Source of the DNA: a virus
DNA: 17,995 nucleotides
Virus genome (UHGV): UHGV-0163678
Strand: one strand, 5' to 3'
Part shown: piece by piece, positions 8,675 to 17,995 of the stretch
Position numbering within the stretch: position 1 is the first letter of the stretch
Layout: every line of letters starts with the position of its first letter
Notes under the pieces: generated by a model
The model's database searches: none
What the model saw: the letters and a program-made list of their open reading frames with translations, nothing else
Told to the model about the DNA's origin: nothing
Translations under genes and position numbers: made by a program

Positions 8675-9233
8675 ACCAGCGCGAAGACGATGTAACCGTA
8701 AAAGAGAAGATTTAACTGTTAAAAGGATATTTGAGTTACTAAGTTTCGATAAATCCACCGGGGTATTTAGATGGAAAGTTCCCACTCAGGGAAGGATATC
8801 ATTAAATAGTATTGCTGGAACTTTTGATTCCAACGGTTATTCAATGATCATGATAGATGGGCGTAGATATAAAACTCACGTCTTAGTTTTTTACATAACT
8901 CATAATCGTTGGCCTGCTGGTCAAATTGACCACGTTAATGGAATTAGGACCGACAATAGGCCAGAAAATTTAAGAGAATGCCTGCCAATAGAAAATTCAA
9001 GAAATATAAGGATCCGAAAGAATAGCAAATCAGGTTGCAGAGGAGTTACTTGGCACAAACGACAGAAAAAATGGAATGTTAGGCTAGGTTTCCATGGCAA
9101 GAGTAAACACTTCGGATGCTTTGATGATCTGGAGTTAGCGGTACTAGTTGCTGAAGAAGCCCGAGATAAGTATTACGGTGATTTTTCCGGCAACGAAAGG
9201 AGCACTTATGCGAATCTATCGAAGGAAATGTAA
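8667..9233 (+). CDS. HNH homing endonuclease with AP2-like DNA-binding domain
   Basis: HNH signature ([17 protein letters not shown]) and an AP2-like segment ([33 protein letters not shown]). Markedly AT-rich by eye. Its N-terminus MAKPARRRC mimics the lambda NinG N-terminus as recalled. Confidence 0.8.
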   Translation: MAKPARRRCNRKREDLTVKRIFELLSFDKSTGVFRWKVPTQGRISLNSIAGTFDSNGYSMIMIDGRRYKTHVLVFYITHNRWPAGQIDHVNGIRTDNRPENLRECLPIENSRNIRIRKNSKSGCRGVTWHKRQKKWNVRLGFHGKSKHFGCFDDLELAVLVAEEARDKYYGDFSGNERSTYANLSKEM

Positions 9234-9810
9234 ATGTTGCAATGAATGGTTTATACCAAAATATCAAAATCAATATTGGTGTAATGAGATTTGTGGAACC
9301 AAGATAGCACTCGAACGACGAAGCAAAGAACGCGAAAAAGCGGAAAAGGAAGTAGAGAAGAAACGACGACGAGAGGAGCAGAAACAGAAAGATAAACTTA
9401 AGATTCGAAAACTCGCCTTAAAGCCCCGCAGTTACTGGATTAAACAAGCCCAACAAGCCGTAAACGCCTTCATCAGAGAAAGAGACCGCGACTTACCATG
9501 TATCTCGTGCGGAACGCTCACGTCTGCTCAGTGGGATGCCGGGCATTACCGGACAACTGCTGCGGCACCTCAACTCCGATTTGATGAACGCAATATTCAC
9601 AAGCAATGCGTGGTGTGCAACCAGCATAAAAGCGGAAATCTCGTTCCGTATCGCGTCGAACTGATTAACCGGATCGGGCAGGAAGCAGTAGACGAAATCG
9701 AATCAAACCATAACCGCCATCGCTGGACTGTCGAAGAGTGCAAGGCGATCAAGGCAGAGTACCAACAGAAACTCAAAGACCTGCGAAATAGCAGAAGTGA
9801 GGCCGCATGA
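9208..9810 (+). CDS. ninG: NinG (Rap-like) with a re-built 5' end
   Basis: From about residue 30 onward, near-identical to lambda NinG as recalled ([18 protein letters not shown] ... [11 protein letters not shown]). New ATG at 9208 with an AAGGAG Shine-Dalgarno at 9198..9203; the first ~30 codons are recoded and AT-rich. Confidence 0.75.
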   Translation: MRIYRRKCKCCNEWFIPKYQNQYWCNEICGTKIALERRSKEREKAEKEVEKKRRREEQKQKDKLKIRKLALKPRSYWIKQAQQAVNAFIRERDRDLPCISCGTLTSAQWDAGHYRTTAAAPQLRFDERNIHKQCVVCNQHKSGNLVPYRVELINRIGQEAVDEIESNHNRHRWTVEECKAIKAEYQQKLKDLRNSRSEAA

Positions 9811-10013
9811 CGTTCTCAGTAAAAACCATTCCAGACATGCTCGTTGAAGCATACGGAAACCAGACAGAAGTAGCACGCAGACTGAAATGTAGTCGTGGTA
9901 CGGTCAGAAAATACGTTGATGATAAAGACGGGAAAATGCACGCCATCGTCAACGACGTTCTCATGGTTCATCGCGGATGGAGTGAAAGAGATGCGCTATT
10001 ACGAAAGAATTGA
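9807..10013 (+). CDS. ninH: NinH
   Basis: 68 aa, [49 protein letters not shown]..., matching lambda NinH as recalled. Confidence 0.8.
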   Translation: MTFSVKTIPDMLVEAYGNQTEVARRLKCSRGTVRKYVDDKDGKMHAIVNDVLMVHRGWSERDALLRKN

Positions 10014-10662
10014 TGGCAGCAAATACCGAAATATTTGGGTAGTTGGCGATCTGCACGGATGCTACACGAACCTGATGAAAAAACTGGAGACGATAGGATT
10101 CGACACCAAAAAAGACCTGCTTATCTCGGTTGGCGATTTGGTCGATCGCGGTACAGAGAACGTCGAATGCCTGGAATTAATCACATTCCCCTGGTTCAGA
10201 GCTGTACGTGGAAACCATGAGCAAATGATGATTGATGGCTTATCAGAGCGCGGAAACGTCAATCACTGGATGCTTAATGGCGGTGGCTGGTTCTTTAATC
10301 TCGATTACGACAAAGAAATTCTGGCTAAAGCTCTTGCCCATAAAGCAGATGAACTTCCGTTAATCATCGAACTGGTGAGCAAAGATAAAAAATATGTCAT
10401 CTGCCACGCCGATTATCCTTGTGACGAATACGAGTTTGGAAAGCCAGTTGATCATCAGCAGGTAATCTGGAACCGAGAACGAATCAGCAACTCACAAGAC
10501 GGGATCGTGAAAGAAATTAAAGGCGCGGACACGTTCATCTTTGGTCATACGCCAGCAGTGAAACCGCTCAAATTTGCCAACCAGATGTATATCGATACCG
10601 GCGCAGTGTTCTGCGGAAAGCTCACATTGATTCAGGTACAGGGAGAAGGCGCGTGGGCATAA
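9991..10662 (+). CDS. ninI: NinI Ser/Thr protein phosphatase (lambda phosphatase family)
   Basis: Metallophosphatase motifs GDLHG, GDLVDRG, GNHE. Start taken as ATG 9991 (MRYYERIDG...), overlapping the ninH end as in lambda. Confidence 0.85.
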   Translation: MRYYERIDGSKYRNIWVVGDLHGCYTNLMKKLETIGFDTKKDLLISVGDLVDRGTENVECLELITFPWFRAVRGNHEQMMIDGLSERGNVNHWMLNGGGWFFNLDYDKEILAKALAHKADELPLIIELVSKDKKYVICHADYPCDEYEFGKPVDHQQVIWNRERISNSQDGIVKEIKGADTFIFGHTPAVKPLKFANQMYIDTGAVFCGKLTLIQVQGEGAWA

Positions 10663-11141
10663 GAGAACTAAACCTCACCAAAGAACAGCATGAGTGGCTG
10701 AATGGCTGGCTTGAACTGTGGGGCGCATGGGTTTATTCAGGTCGTCTGGAAAAGCGCATGAGCAGCGTAATAGCGAAGTTCATGGAGAGCGTAGAGCCGG
10801 GAAGAGTTATGACAAGGCCAATGTGTAATGATGATGATGGAATGTTGATTTCTCAGGTCGTCGATTCCGTCATGTACATTGACAAGAAAGCCTTTGGCAT
10901 CCTCCTCAGCTACTACGCCCATGGATCTTCCAAGCACGCCATTGCATCTTACTATCATCGCGTCGCAAGACCTCGCAAGATGTTATGCCGGGGCGGCGGG
11001 CGCATTCAAAAACCATCGCTCGCAACCTGTCGTCGGGAAGTTGACGAAATCCTCAATGCCTCGTTGTTTATGATTTACCCGGTTCTGGATAGTGCGTTTA
11101 AAAACCGGAAACGTGTAGAGAAAATTAAACATGTAGCATAG
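10653..11141 (+). CDS. Q-family late-gene antiterminator (non-lambda allele)
   Basis: 162-aa ORF between ninI and the lysis cassette, the position of Q. No similarity to lambda Q as recalled, so the assignment is positional. A T-tract terminator follows. Confidence 0.5.
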   Translation: MGIRELNLTKEQHEWLNGWLELWGAWVYSGRLEKRMSSVIAKFMESVEPGRVMTRPMCNDDDGMLISQVVDSVMYIDKKAFGILLSYYAHGSSKHAIASYYHRVARPRKMLCRGGGRIQKPSLATCRREVDEILNASLFMIYPVLDSAFKNRKRVEKIKHVA

Positions 11142-11188
11142 AACGTGTTGACATCATTGAGCAAATGAGCAACACTATTCGCATAAGC

Positions 11189-11231
11189 TGCCGTTAGTGA
11201 CTCTTAAGTTGCAACGGTGGCTTTTTTATTT
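11189..11231 (+). terminator. Candidate tR'-like terminator downstream of Q
   Basis: Imperfect hairpin (CCGTT...AACGG) followed by TTTTTTATTTG. The sequence just after it (GCACAACAGGTAAGAGCATTGA) matches the region just after lambda tR' as I recall it. Confidence 0.4.
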
Positions 11232-11386
11232 GCACAACAGGTAAGAGCATTGAACCCGCAGACCTCGCGGAATTGGTGAAAGGTGCCGCGCAGTGCTCTT
11301 ATCGTTGTGGTGAAGCTCAATGGCGAGCTAGCAGATAGGCGATAGTGAAAATACTAGTCATGTAGCTGACCGCCGCGCGTACTGCA

Positions 11387-11432
11387 ATCGGCAGCGCACC
11401 GATGGAAGCCGGTTCGATTCCGGTCGCCACAA
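11387..11432 (+). other. tRNA-like 3' fragment (anticodon-arm-like hairpin, T-arm GCCGG-TTCGATT-CCGGT, acceptor 3' strand)
   Basis: Canonical T-loop motif GGTTCGATTCC with a 5-bp stem. No 5' acceptor strand or D-arm can be paired within a normal tRNA length. Confidence 0.3.
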
Positions 11433-11553
11433 TCCAAACTGAGCCGTAGCCACTGGCTATCCTGAACTCATCAGTGATAGTTATGCTGCGGCCTTCTTTT
11501 TTCCCCTTCCCAATATAAGAACTACGCAATCCGTTACTGGCGGAGGCGTTGCT

Positions 11554-11769
11554 ATGAAATCAATGGACAAAATCTCAACTGGCATTGCCTACGGAACATC
11601 CGCAGGCAGTGCGGGATACTGGTTTTTACAGTGGCTTGATCAGGTCAGTCCGTCACAGTGGGCTGCGATTGGTGTACTGGTGAGTCTGGTTCTGGGCTTC
11701 CTGACTTATCTGACAAATCTGTACTTCAAAATCAGAGAAGACAGAAGAAAGGCTGCGAGAGGTGAATAA
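11554..11769 (+). CDS. Pinholin, phage 21 S-type (class II holin)
   Basis: 71 aa, [42 protein letters not shown]..., near-identical to the phage 21 S holin as recalled. Dual-start motif (Met1 and Met4). Confidence 0.85.
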   Translation: MKSMDKISTGIAYGTSAGSAGYWFLQWLDQVSPSQWAAIGVLVSLVLGFLTYLTNLYFKIREDRRKAARGE

Positions 11770-12266
11770 TGCCTCCATCATTACGAAAAGCCGTTGCTGC
11801 TGCTATTGGTGGCGGAGCAATTGCTATAGCATCAGTGTTAATCACTGGTCCAGGTGGTAACGATGGTCTGGAAGGTGTCAGCTACATACCATACAAAGAT
11901 ATTGTTGGTGTATGGACTGTATGTCACGGGCATACAGGAAAAGACATCATGCTCGGTAAAACGTATACCAAAGCAGAATGCAAAGCCCTCCTGAATAAAG
12001 ACCTTGCCACGGTCGCCAGACAAATTAACCCGTACATCAAAGTCGATATACCGGAAACAACGCGCGGCGCTCTTTACTCGTTCGTCTACAACGTGGGGGC
12101 TGGCAATTTCAGAACATCGACGCTTCTTCGCAAAATAAACCAGGGCGATATCAAAGGCGCATGTGACCAGCTACGTCGCTGGACATACGCTGGCGGTAAG
12201 CAATGGAAAGGGCTGATGACCCGTCGTGATATTGAGCGTGAAGTCTGTTTGTGGGGGCAGCAATGA
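11769..12266 (+). CDS. SAR endolysin (lysozyme with N-terminal signal-anchor-release domain), phage 21 R-type
   Basis: 165 aa. Gly/Ala-rich N-terminal hydrophobic segment ([20 protein letters not shown]) followed by a T4-lysozyme-like catalytic region. TAATG overlap with the holin stop. Confidence 0.85.
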   Translation: MPPSLRKAVAAAIGGGAIAIASVLITGPGGNDGLEGVSYIPYKDIVGVWTVCHGHTGKDIMLGKTYTKAECKALLNKDLATVARQINPYIKVDIPETTRGALYSFVYNVGAGNFRTSTLLRKINQGDIKGACDQLRRWTYAGGKQWKGLMTRRDIEREVCLWGQQ

Positions 12267-12700
12267 GCAGAGTAACCGCGATTATCTCCGCTCTGGTTAT
12301 CTGCATCATCGTCTGCCTGTCATGGGCTGTTAATCATTACCGTGATAACGCCATGACCTACAAAGAGCAGCGCGATAAAGCCACATCCATCATCGCTGAT
12401 ATGCAGAAGCGTCAACGTGATGTAGCAGAACTCGACGCCAGATACACAAAGGAGCTTGCTGATGCTAACGCGACTATCGAAAGTCTCCGTGCTGATGTTT
12501 CTGCTGGGCGTAAGCGCCTGCAAGTCGCCGCCACCTGTGCAAAGTCAACGACCGGAGCCAGCAGCATGGGCGATGGAGAAAGCCCAAGACTTACAGCAGA
12601 TGCTGAACTCAATTATTACCGTCTCAGAAGTGGAATCGACAGGATAACCGCGCAGGTTAACTACCTGCAGGAGTACATCAGGACGCAATGCCTGAAATAA
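12263..12700 (+). CDS. Rz-like inner-membrane spanin
   Basis: N-terminal transmembrane helix and coiled-coil periplasmic domain. ATGA overlap with the endolysin stop; start taken as ATG 12263 rather than the ORF-track start at 12251. Confidence 0.75.
   Translation: MSRVTAIISALVICIIVCLSWAVNHYRDNAMTYKEQRDKATSIIADMQKRQRDVAELDARYTKELADANATIESLRADVSAGRKRLQVAATCAKSTTGASSMGDGESPRLTADAELNYYRLRSGIDRITAQVNYLQEYIRTQCLK
12456..12647 (+). CDS. Rz1-like outer-membrane lipoprotein spanin, embedded in Rz in the +1 frame
   Basis: 63-aa ORF wholly inside Rz. Lipobox-like LLGVSAC followed by a proline-rich mature region ([13 protein letters not shown]). Confidence 0.6.
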   Translation: MLMLTRLSKVSVLMFLLGVSACKSPPPVQSQRPEPAAWAMEKAQDLQQMLNSIITVSEVESTG

Positions 12701-12712
12701 CAACTAAGTGAG

Positions 12713-13141
12713 ATGAATATGGCGACTGAACCAAAAGCTGGTCGCCCCTCTGATTATATGCCGGAGGTGGCTGACGATATCTGCTCGTTGCTTTCTTCTG
12801 GCGAAAGTTTGCTGAAAGTATGTAAGCGTCCTGGTATGCCGGATAAGTCCACTGTTTTCCGCTGGCTGGCAAAGCATGAGGATTTTCGCGACAAGTACGC
12901 GAAGGCAACTGAGGCACGAGCTGATTCTATTTTCGAAGAGATATTCGAAATTGCTGACAATGCGATTCCAGATGCTGCTGAGGTGGCAAAGGCAAGACTT
13001 CGCGTTGATACCCGCAAATGGGCGCTGGCCCGAATGAATCCCCGTAAGTATGGCGACAAGGTAACTAACGAACTTGTCGGCAAAGACGGCGGCGCAATCC
13101 AGATTGAAACATCACCGATGAGCACTCTATTCGGAAAATGA
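12713..13141 (+). CDS. Terminase small subunit
   Basis: 142-aa ORF immediately upstream of, and overlapping, the large terminase gene, directly after the lysis cassette. Confidence 0.65.
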   Translation: MNMATEPKAGRPSDYMPEVADDICSLLSSGESLLKVCKRPGMPDKSTVFRWLAKHEDFRDKYAKATEARADSIFEEIFEIADNAIPDAAEVAKARLRVDTRKWALARMNPRKYGDKVTNELVGKDGGAIQIETSPMSTLFGK

Positions 13142-14553
13142 CCTCGATTAATCCTATCTTTGAACCGTTCATTGAGGCGCATCGCTACAAAGTCGCCAAA
13201 GGCGGTCGAGGTAGCGGTAAATCATGGGCAATTGCGAGGCTGCTTGTTGAGGCGGCGCGTCGGCAGCCTGTGCGTATTCTCTGCGCTCGTGAACTGCAAA
13301 ACAGTATCAGCGATTCGGTAATCCGGTTGCTTGAAGACACCATAGAGCGGGAAGGGTATTCGGCTGAGTTTGAAATTCAGCGTTCAATGATCCGTCATCT
13401 CGGAACGAATGCTGAATTCATGTTCTACGGCATAAAAAACAACCCTACGAAGATTAAATCGCTCGAAGGCATTGATATCTGCTGGGTGGAAGAAGCGGAA
13501 GCGGTAACAAAGGAATCGTGGGATATCCTGATACCAACCATCCGCAAGCCGTTTTCCGAAATATGGGTGAGCTTTAACCCGAAGAACATACTCGACGATA
13601 CCTATCAGCGATTCGTTGTAAATCCTCCCGATGATATTTGTCTGCTGACGGTGAACTACACCGACAATCCGCATTTTCCTGAAGTTCTCCGTCTGGAGAT
13701 GGAAGAGTGTAAACGCAGAAACCCGACACTGTATCGTCACATCTGGCTTGGTGAGCCAGTAAGCGCAAGTGATATGGCAATCATCAAACGTGAATGGCTT
13801 GAAGCCGCAACCGATGCGCACAAGAAACTCGGATGGAAAGCGAAAGGCGCTGTTGTCTCTGCGCATGACCCATCAGATACAGGGCCAGATGCTAAAGGTT
13901 ATGCATCGCGTCACGGTTCGGTAGTTAAGCGCATTGCCGAAGGTCTGCTGATGGATATCAACGAGGGTGCTGACTGGGCAACTTCGCTGGCGATTGAAGA
14001 CGGCGCTGACCACTACCTGTGGGATGGTGATGGTGTTGGTGCTGGGCTACGCAGACAGACAACGGAAGCGTTCTCCGGCAAGAAAATCACCGCCACGATG
14101 TTCAAGGGCAGCGAATCGCCATTCGATGAAGATGCACCATATCAGGCCGGAGCATGGGCCGATGAAGTCGTACAGGGCGACAACGTTCGCACTATTGGTG
14201 ATGTGTTCCGCAATAAGCGAGCACAATTCTATTACGCGCTGGCTGACAGGCTGTATCTGACATATCGGGCGGTTGTTCACGGTGAGTATGCAGACCCCGA
14301 CGACATGCTGAGTTTCGACAAAGAAGCGATAGGCGAGAAGATGCTGGAGAAGCTGTTTGCAGAACTGACGCAGATTCAGCGCAAATTCAATAACAACGGG
14401 AAGCTTGAGCTAATGACTAAGGTCGAAATGAAGCAGAAGCTCGGTATTCCATCTCCTAACCTGGCTGATGCGCTGATGATGTGTATGCATTGCCCGGAGT
14501 CGGCTGCGCAACCCGACTATTCCAGTTACTCAATTCCTTGTGGTGTAGGTTGA
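13138..14553 (+). CDS. Terminase large subunit (ATPase and nuclease)
   Basis: 471 aa. Walker A motif near the N-terminus (AKGGRGSGKS), acidic Walker B-like WVEEAEA, and a C-terminal domain with conserved acidic residues. Confidence 0.9.
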   Translation: MTSINPIFEPFIEAHRYKVAKGGRGSGKSWAIARLLVEAARRQPVRILCARELQNSISDSVIRLLEDTIEREGYSAEFEIQRSMIRHLGTNAEFMFYGIKNNPTKIKSLEGIDICWVEEAEAVTKESWDILIPTIRKPFSEIWVSFNPKNILDDTYQRFVVNPPDDICLLTVNYTDNPHFPEVLRLEMEECKRRNPTLYRHIWLGEPVSASDMAIIKREWLEAATDAHKKLGWKAKGAVVSAHDPSDTGPDAKGYASRHGSVVKRIAEGLLMDINEGADWATSLAIEDGADHYLWDGDGVGAGLRRQTTEAFSGKKITATMFKGSESPFDEDAPYQAGAWADEVVQGDNVRTIGDVFRNKRAQFYYALADRLYLTYRAVVHGEYADPDDMLSFDKEAIGEKMLEKLFAELTQIQRKFNNNGKLELMTKVEMKQKLGIPSPNLADALMMCMHCPESAAQPDYSSYSIPCGVG

Positions 14554-14554
14554 T

Positions 14555-16753
14555 ATGGCAGAAAAAAAGATGACTGACTGGCATCGCAAGGTGCTGTGCA
14601 ACTTTGATAATGCCTGGTCAGCAACGCAGGATATGCGTGAGCAGATTATTGAGGCTCAACGTTTCGTCCGGGTGTCCGGCGCACAGTGGGAAGGCAGCAC
14701 AAACGCTGGTTACTCATTTGATGAAGGCAGGTTTGAGCATTACCCGCGCTTTGAACTGAATAAGATTGCCCGTGAATGTGATCGCATCATTGGCGAGTAT
14801 CGACAGAATCGCATCAGCGTTAAATTCAGGCCGAAGGATGACAAGGCATCGGAAGCGTTAGCCGAAAAGATGAACGGCAAATTCCGCGCTGATTATCAGG
14901 AAACATCCGGTGGCGAAGCGTGTGATAACGCATTTGATGATGCTGTAACGGGCGGATTCGGTTGTTTCCGCATGTGTGCTGATTACGAAGATGAAATGGA
15001 TCCGAGTAACGAGCAACGCCGTATAAGCCTTCTCCCTGTTTACGACCCAGCGACATGCGTCTTCTTTGATCAGGACAGCAAGCAATATGACCGCTCTGAT
15101 GCTATGTGGGCTATGGAAATGTTCTCCATGACGCCTAAAGCGTTCGAGGCTGAATACCCTGATTCCATCGCGGCAAGCCTTTCTCGTGATGACACTGGTA
15201 CTCAGTATGACTGGTCAACGCCTGACGCCATCTATGTTGGACGCTACTACGAAGTCCGCATAGAGAAGGTGAAGCTCACAGCATGGCGTAACCCTGTCAG
15301 CGGAGAAACGGCAATCTATGATGAAGAGCAAATCAAAGATATTGTCGACGAGCTGACCGATGGTGCATTCGAACTGATTGGCGAGCGAACGGTGAAGAAA
15401 CGCCGAGTTTATTGCGGTCTTCTGTCTGGCGCTGAATGGCTGGAAGAACCGAAGCGTATTCCGGGCGAACATATTCCTCTCATCCCGGTATATGGGCGTC
15501 GTTCATTTGTTGATAATCAGGAGCGAATCGAAGGCCACGCAGCAAAAGCGATGGATGCACAGCGTCTTGAGAACCTGATGGTTTCCATGATTGCAGATAA
15601 CGCCACTCAGGCTGGCGGTGATGGCATTCCTATCGTGGATGTTGATTTCATTCCCGGCCCATTAATGAACCACTGGGCAGAGAGGAATAAGAAAAGACCT
15701 GCAGTTCTTCCTATGACCAGCAAGAAGGACAAAAACGGAACGGTCATTTCAGAGGCTCAGGTTGCTGGCTGGACACCTCCGACACAAATGCCTCCAGCTC
15801 TTGCAGGGCTATTGCAGTACACCGGAACGGCTATTCAGCAAATTACAGGTGCGTCGCAGCTTGAGAACATGCCGAGCAACGTCGCTACCGATACCGTTGA
15901 TAGCATCTTTAACCGGATGGACACGCAGTCCTATATCTACATGGACAACATGGCTAAATCCATGCGCCGTGCTGGCGTCGTGTGGCTTTCTATGGCTCGT
16001 GAAGTCTATGGCAGCGATACGCCAATGCGCATCGTTAATGAGGATGACAGCGATGACGTGGCGCTGATGACTGGTGAAGTGGTTGACCGTCAGACAGGGC
16101 AGGTTATCGCGCTTAACGACCTTTCGCAGGGTAACTATGAAGTGACTGTCGATGTCGGTCAGTCGTTCGCTACTCGCCGTGATGCAACGGTTAAGTCGTT
16201 ACTTTCCATGCTGGCACTTATCCCGCCAGGAACGCCGAAGCATGACCTTGTATCGTCGATGATTCTCGACAATATGGACGGCGAAGGGATGGACGACCTG
16301 AAAGAATACAACCGCAATCAGTTGCTTCTGTCTGGCGTTATCAAGCCGAGAACGCCTGAAGAACAGCAAATGGTTGAGCAGGCGAAACAACAACAGGCCA
16401 GTCAGCCAGATCCGGCTATGGTTGCAGCGCAAGGTCAGCTTCTTGCAGGTCAGGCTGAATTGCAGAAAGCGCAGAACGAACAGGCAGCCATTCAGGTTAA
16501 AGCATTCCAGGCACAGACTGATGCTCAGGTTGCAGCGGCAAACGTTGTGAAAATCCTCGCATCTGCCGATAGCCAGCAGAAATCTGATATCCGCGAGGCT
16601 CTGAAACTGCTCGGACAGTTCCAGCAACAGCAAGGAGACAATGCCCGTGCTGATGCAGAGCTTGTCCTGAAAAGTCAGGCACAGGGTCATGCGCAGCGCA
16701 TGGACATCAGCAGCATCCTGCAAAAATCAACTCAGCAACAACCACAGCAGTAA
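14555..16753 (+). CDS. Portal protein (P22/Sf6-like, with C-terminal Gln-rich helical extension)
   Basis: 732-aa ORF immediately after the large terminase. Size and the glutamine-rich alpha-helical C-terminal ~120 residues resemble P22-type portals. Confidence 0.8.
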   Translation: MAEKKMTDWHRKVLCNFDNAWSATQDMREQIIEAQRFVRVSGAQWEGSTNAGYSFDEGRFEHYPRFELNKIARECDRIIGEYRQNRISVKFRPKDDKASEALAEKMNGKFRADYQETSGGEACDNAFDDAVTGGFGCFRMCADYEDEMDPSNEQRRISLLPVYDPATCVFFDQDSKQYDRSDAMWAMEMFSMTPKAFEAEYPDSIAASLSRDDTGTQYDWSTPDAIYVGRYYEVRIEKVKLTAWRNPVSGETAIYDEEQIKDIVDELTDGAFELIGERTVKKRRVYCGLLSGAEWLEEPKRIPGEHIPLIPVYGRRSFVDNQERIEGHAAKAMDAQRLENLMVSMIADNATQAGGDGIPIVDVDFIPGPLMNHWAERNKKRPAVLPMTSKKDKNGTVISEAQVAGWTPPTQMPPALAGLLQYTGTAIQQITGASQLENMPSNVATDTVDSIFNRMDTQSYIYMDNMAKSMRRAGVVWLSMAREVYGSDTPMRIVNEDDSDDVALMTGEVVDRQTGQVIALNDLSQGNYEVTVDVGQSFATRRDATVKSLLSMLALIPPGTPKHDLVSSMILDNMDGEGMDDLKEYNRNQLLLSGVIKPRTPEEQQMVEQAKQQQASQPDPAMVAAQGQLLAGQAELQKAQNEQAAIQVKAFQAQTDAQVAAANVVKILASADSQQKSDIREALKLLGQFQQQQGDNARADAELVLKSQAQGHAQRMDISSILQKSTQQQPQQ

Positions 16754-16843
16754 TTAACCCATAACGTGCAATGGCTGTCTTTATGAGGCCTGGCACCCTA
16801 TTGCCTTCCGATGGGCTGAACATCGAGTAAACAGGGGTAACAA

Positions 16844-17740
16844 ATGGACCAGATGGCAGAAAACACACCAGAAGTTGAAATCGAAACCGACGCGTCAGAG
16901 CAGATTCCTGATGATGTCGAACTGGCTGAAGAAGTCGAAACAGCAGATGGCAGTGAGTCCTCAGGAAATGATGCAGAGGAAGCTACTGACACTGATGACG
17001 ACGAATCAGAACAGGAATTCTACTTTGGTGACGAAAAGCTGGATTCGCCAACCAGCGAAGATGGCGCAGAGCATGGACTGGTAAAACACTTGCGCAAGAC
17101 GATTAAAGAGAAAGACCGTGAGCTGAAAGAGCTGATGCGTCAGTCTCAGAAACCCGTCGAGCAGCAGCCGGTAATCACTCAACCACCGCGAATGCCAAAA
17201 CTGGATGATGAGGACATCGGTTTCGATGAAGAAATCTATCAGCAACGCATGGCTAAGTGGGCAGAGGATAACGGCAAATACCAGGAGCAAGTACGAGAGC
17301 GGAAACGAGAGGAAGAGGCGCGTACCGCAACGCTTCAGCAGAAAGCAGCCAATTACATGCATAGAGTAAAAGCACTGAAAGTGGCTGGTTACCAGGATGC
17401 AGAGCAGGCTGTACGCGAAGATGTTCCTGTTCACATTCAGGACATGATCCTTCTTGAGTCAGAGAAGCCGGAAATCGTTGTTCTGGCACTCGGTCGCAAC
17501 GCTGAACTGCGCAAGCAACTGGCAGAAGCTACCAACCCCGTAGCAATTGGTCGTCTGCTGGAACGTATCGAATCGAAGGCCAGAATCATGCCAAAAGCAA
17601 AAACCACGGCAGCCACAACCCCGACAGTTAAGGGGAGCAACGGCGCAGTAATCAATAACCTCGACAAACTTCTCGAAAAAGCGCGCGACACCGGTGATTA
17701 CACCGAATACCGGGCGGCGAAGAACAAAGCTAAAAAATAA
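16844..17740 (+). CDS. Scaffolding protein
   Basis: 298 aa, highly acidic N-terminal region, extended charged coiled-coil-like segments and a basic C-terminus, between the portal and coat genes. Confidence 0.65.
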   Translation: MDQMAENTPEVEIETDASEQIPDDVELAEEVETADGSESSGNDAEEATDTDDDESEQEFYFGDEKLDSPTSEDGAEHGLVKHLRKTIKEKDRELKELMRQSQKPVEQQPVITQPPRMPKLDDEDIGFDEEIYQQRMAKWAEDNGKYQEQVRERKREEEARTATLQQKAANYMHRVKALKVAGYQDAEQAVREDVPVHIQDMILLESEKPEIVVLALGRNAELRKQLAEATNPVAIGRLLERIESKARIMPKAKTTAATTPTVKGSNGAVINNLDKLLEKARDTGDYTEYRAAKNKAKK

Positions 17741-17760
17741 TCCATCGGAGCTAAATACCT

Positions 17761-17995
17761 ATGTCTAACCAGTTAACAAAAGACCTCGAAATCCTCTTTG
17801 AGAGCGTCATTGATAGTTTTGAGGCGTCCAATGTCGTTTCCCGCGAGTGCAGCAAGTTCCGACCGGGCGACATTGAAATGCAGCGCGCTGGCGACGTTGT
17901 TTATCGCCCTCAGGGCTACCACCTGAAAACCGTGAGCGGACTTGATCTGACTTCGGCCACTGCAAACTCACTCGTTCAGCGTCAGGTGCCTGCTC
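17761..17995 (+). CDS. Major capsid (coat) protein, N-terminal fragment (runs off the window end)
   Basis: Open frame from ATG 17761 with GGAG upstream and no stop through the last base, directly after the scaffolding gene. Assignment is by synteny. Confidence 0.45.
   Translation, partial: MSNQLTKDLEILFESVIDSFEASNVVSRECSKFRPGDIEMQRAGDVVYRPQGYHLKTVSGLDLTSATANSLVQRQVPA

Noticed and set aside
11306-11432. An intact tRNA gene
   Set aside because: The T-arm and acceptor 3' strand are present, but no acceptor 5' strand or D-arm pairs at canonical spacing, so it is reported only as a tRNA-like fragment.
11317-11529. 70-aa minus-strand ORF in the Q-to-holin intergenic region
   Set aside because: Overlaps the tRNA-like element and would be transcribed against the late operon; no ribosome-binding site or conserved features.
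13384-13866. 160-aa minus-strand ORF
   Set aside because: Entirely inside and antisense to the large terminase gene.
16199-16723. 174-aa minus-strand ORF
   Set aside because: Antisense to the portal gene's Gln-rich C-terminal region; low-complexity sequence readily yields spurious open frames.
17006-17434. 142-aa minus-strand ORF
   Set aside because: Antisense to the scaffolding gene, with no supporting signals.

Overview
This window reads as a mosaic lambdoid temperate phage or prophage, running from the early-left operon to the start of the head genes. All calls rest on reading the sequence and on recalled phage protein and operator sequences; no database search or computation was run. 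Left to right: a partial N-like antiterminator (minus strand) with a P22-type nutL boxB; lambda-type OL1-3/pL; a two-gene AT-rich cassette sitting where lambda carries rexA-rexB; a cI repressor near-identical to lambda cI; lambda-type OR1-3 with pR/pRM; cro; nutR; a non-lambda cII-like gene; an O-like initiator with its own iterons; a primase-helicase in place of lambda P; a nin region (ninB, Dam-like methyltransferase, ninE, ninF, an HNH-AP2 endonuclease gene inserted at the 5' end of ninG, ninH, ninI phosphatase); a Q-like antiterminator; a phage-21-type lysis cassette (pinholin, SAR endolysin, Rz with embedded Rz1); then small and large terminase, portal, scaffold and a truncated coat gene. 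The strongest candidate for an undescribed system is the two-gene cassette at 821..1616: it is co-transcribed with cI and ends at its own terminator, and encodes a 145-aa soluble protein and a 123-aa coiled-coil, C-terminally membrane-anchored protein with no resemblance I can see to RexA/RexB. I propose it as a lysogen-expressed exclusion or abortive-infection module. Other notable points are the homing-endonuclease insertion in ninG, an orphan adenine methyltransferase, small membrane ORFs where lambda has ren, a one-base OR1 variant, and a tRNA-like 3' fragment upstream of the holin.
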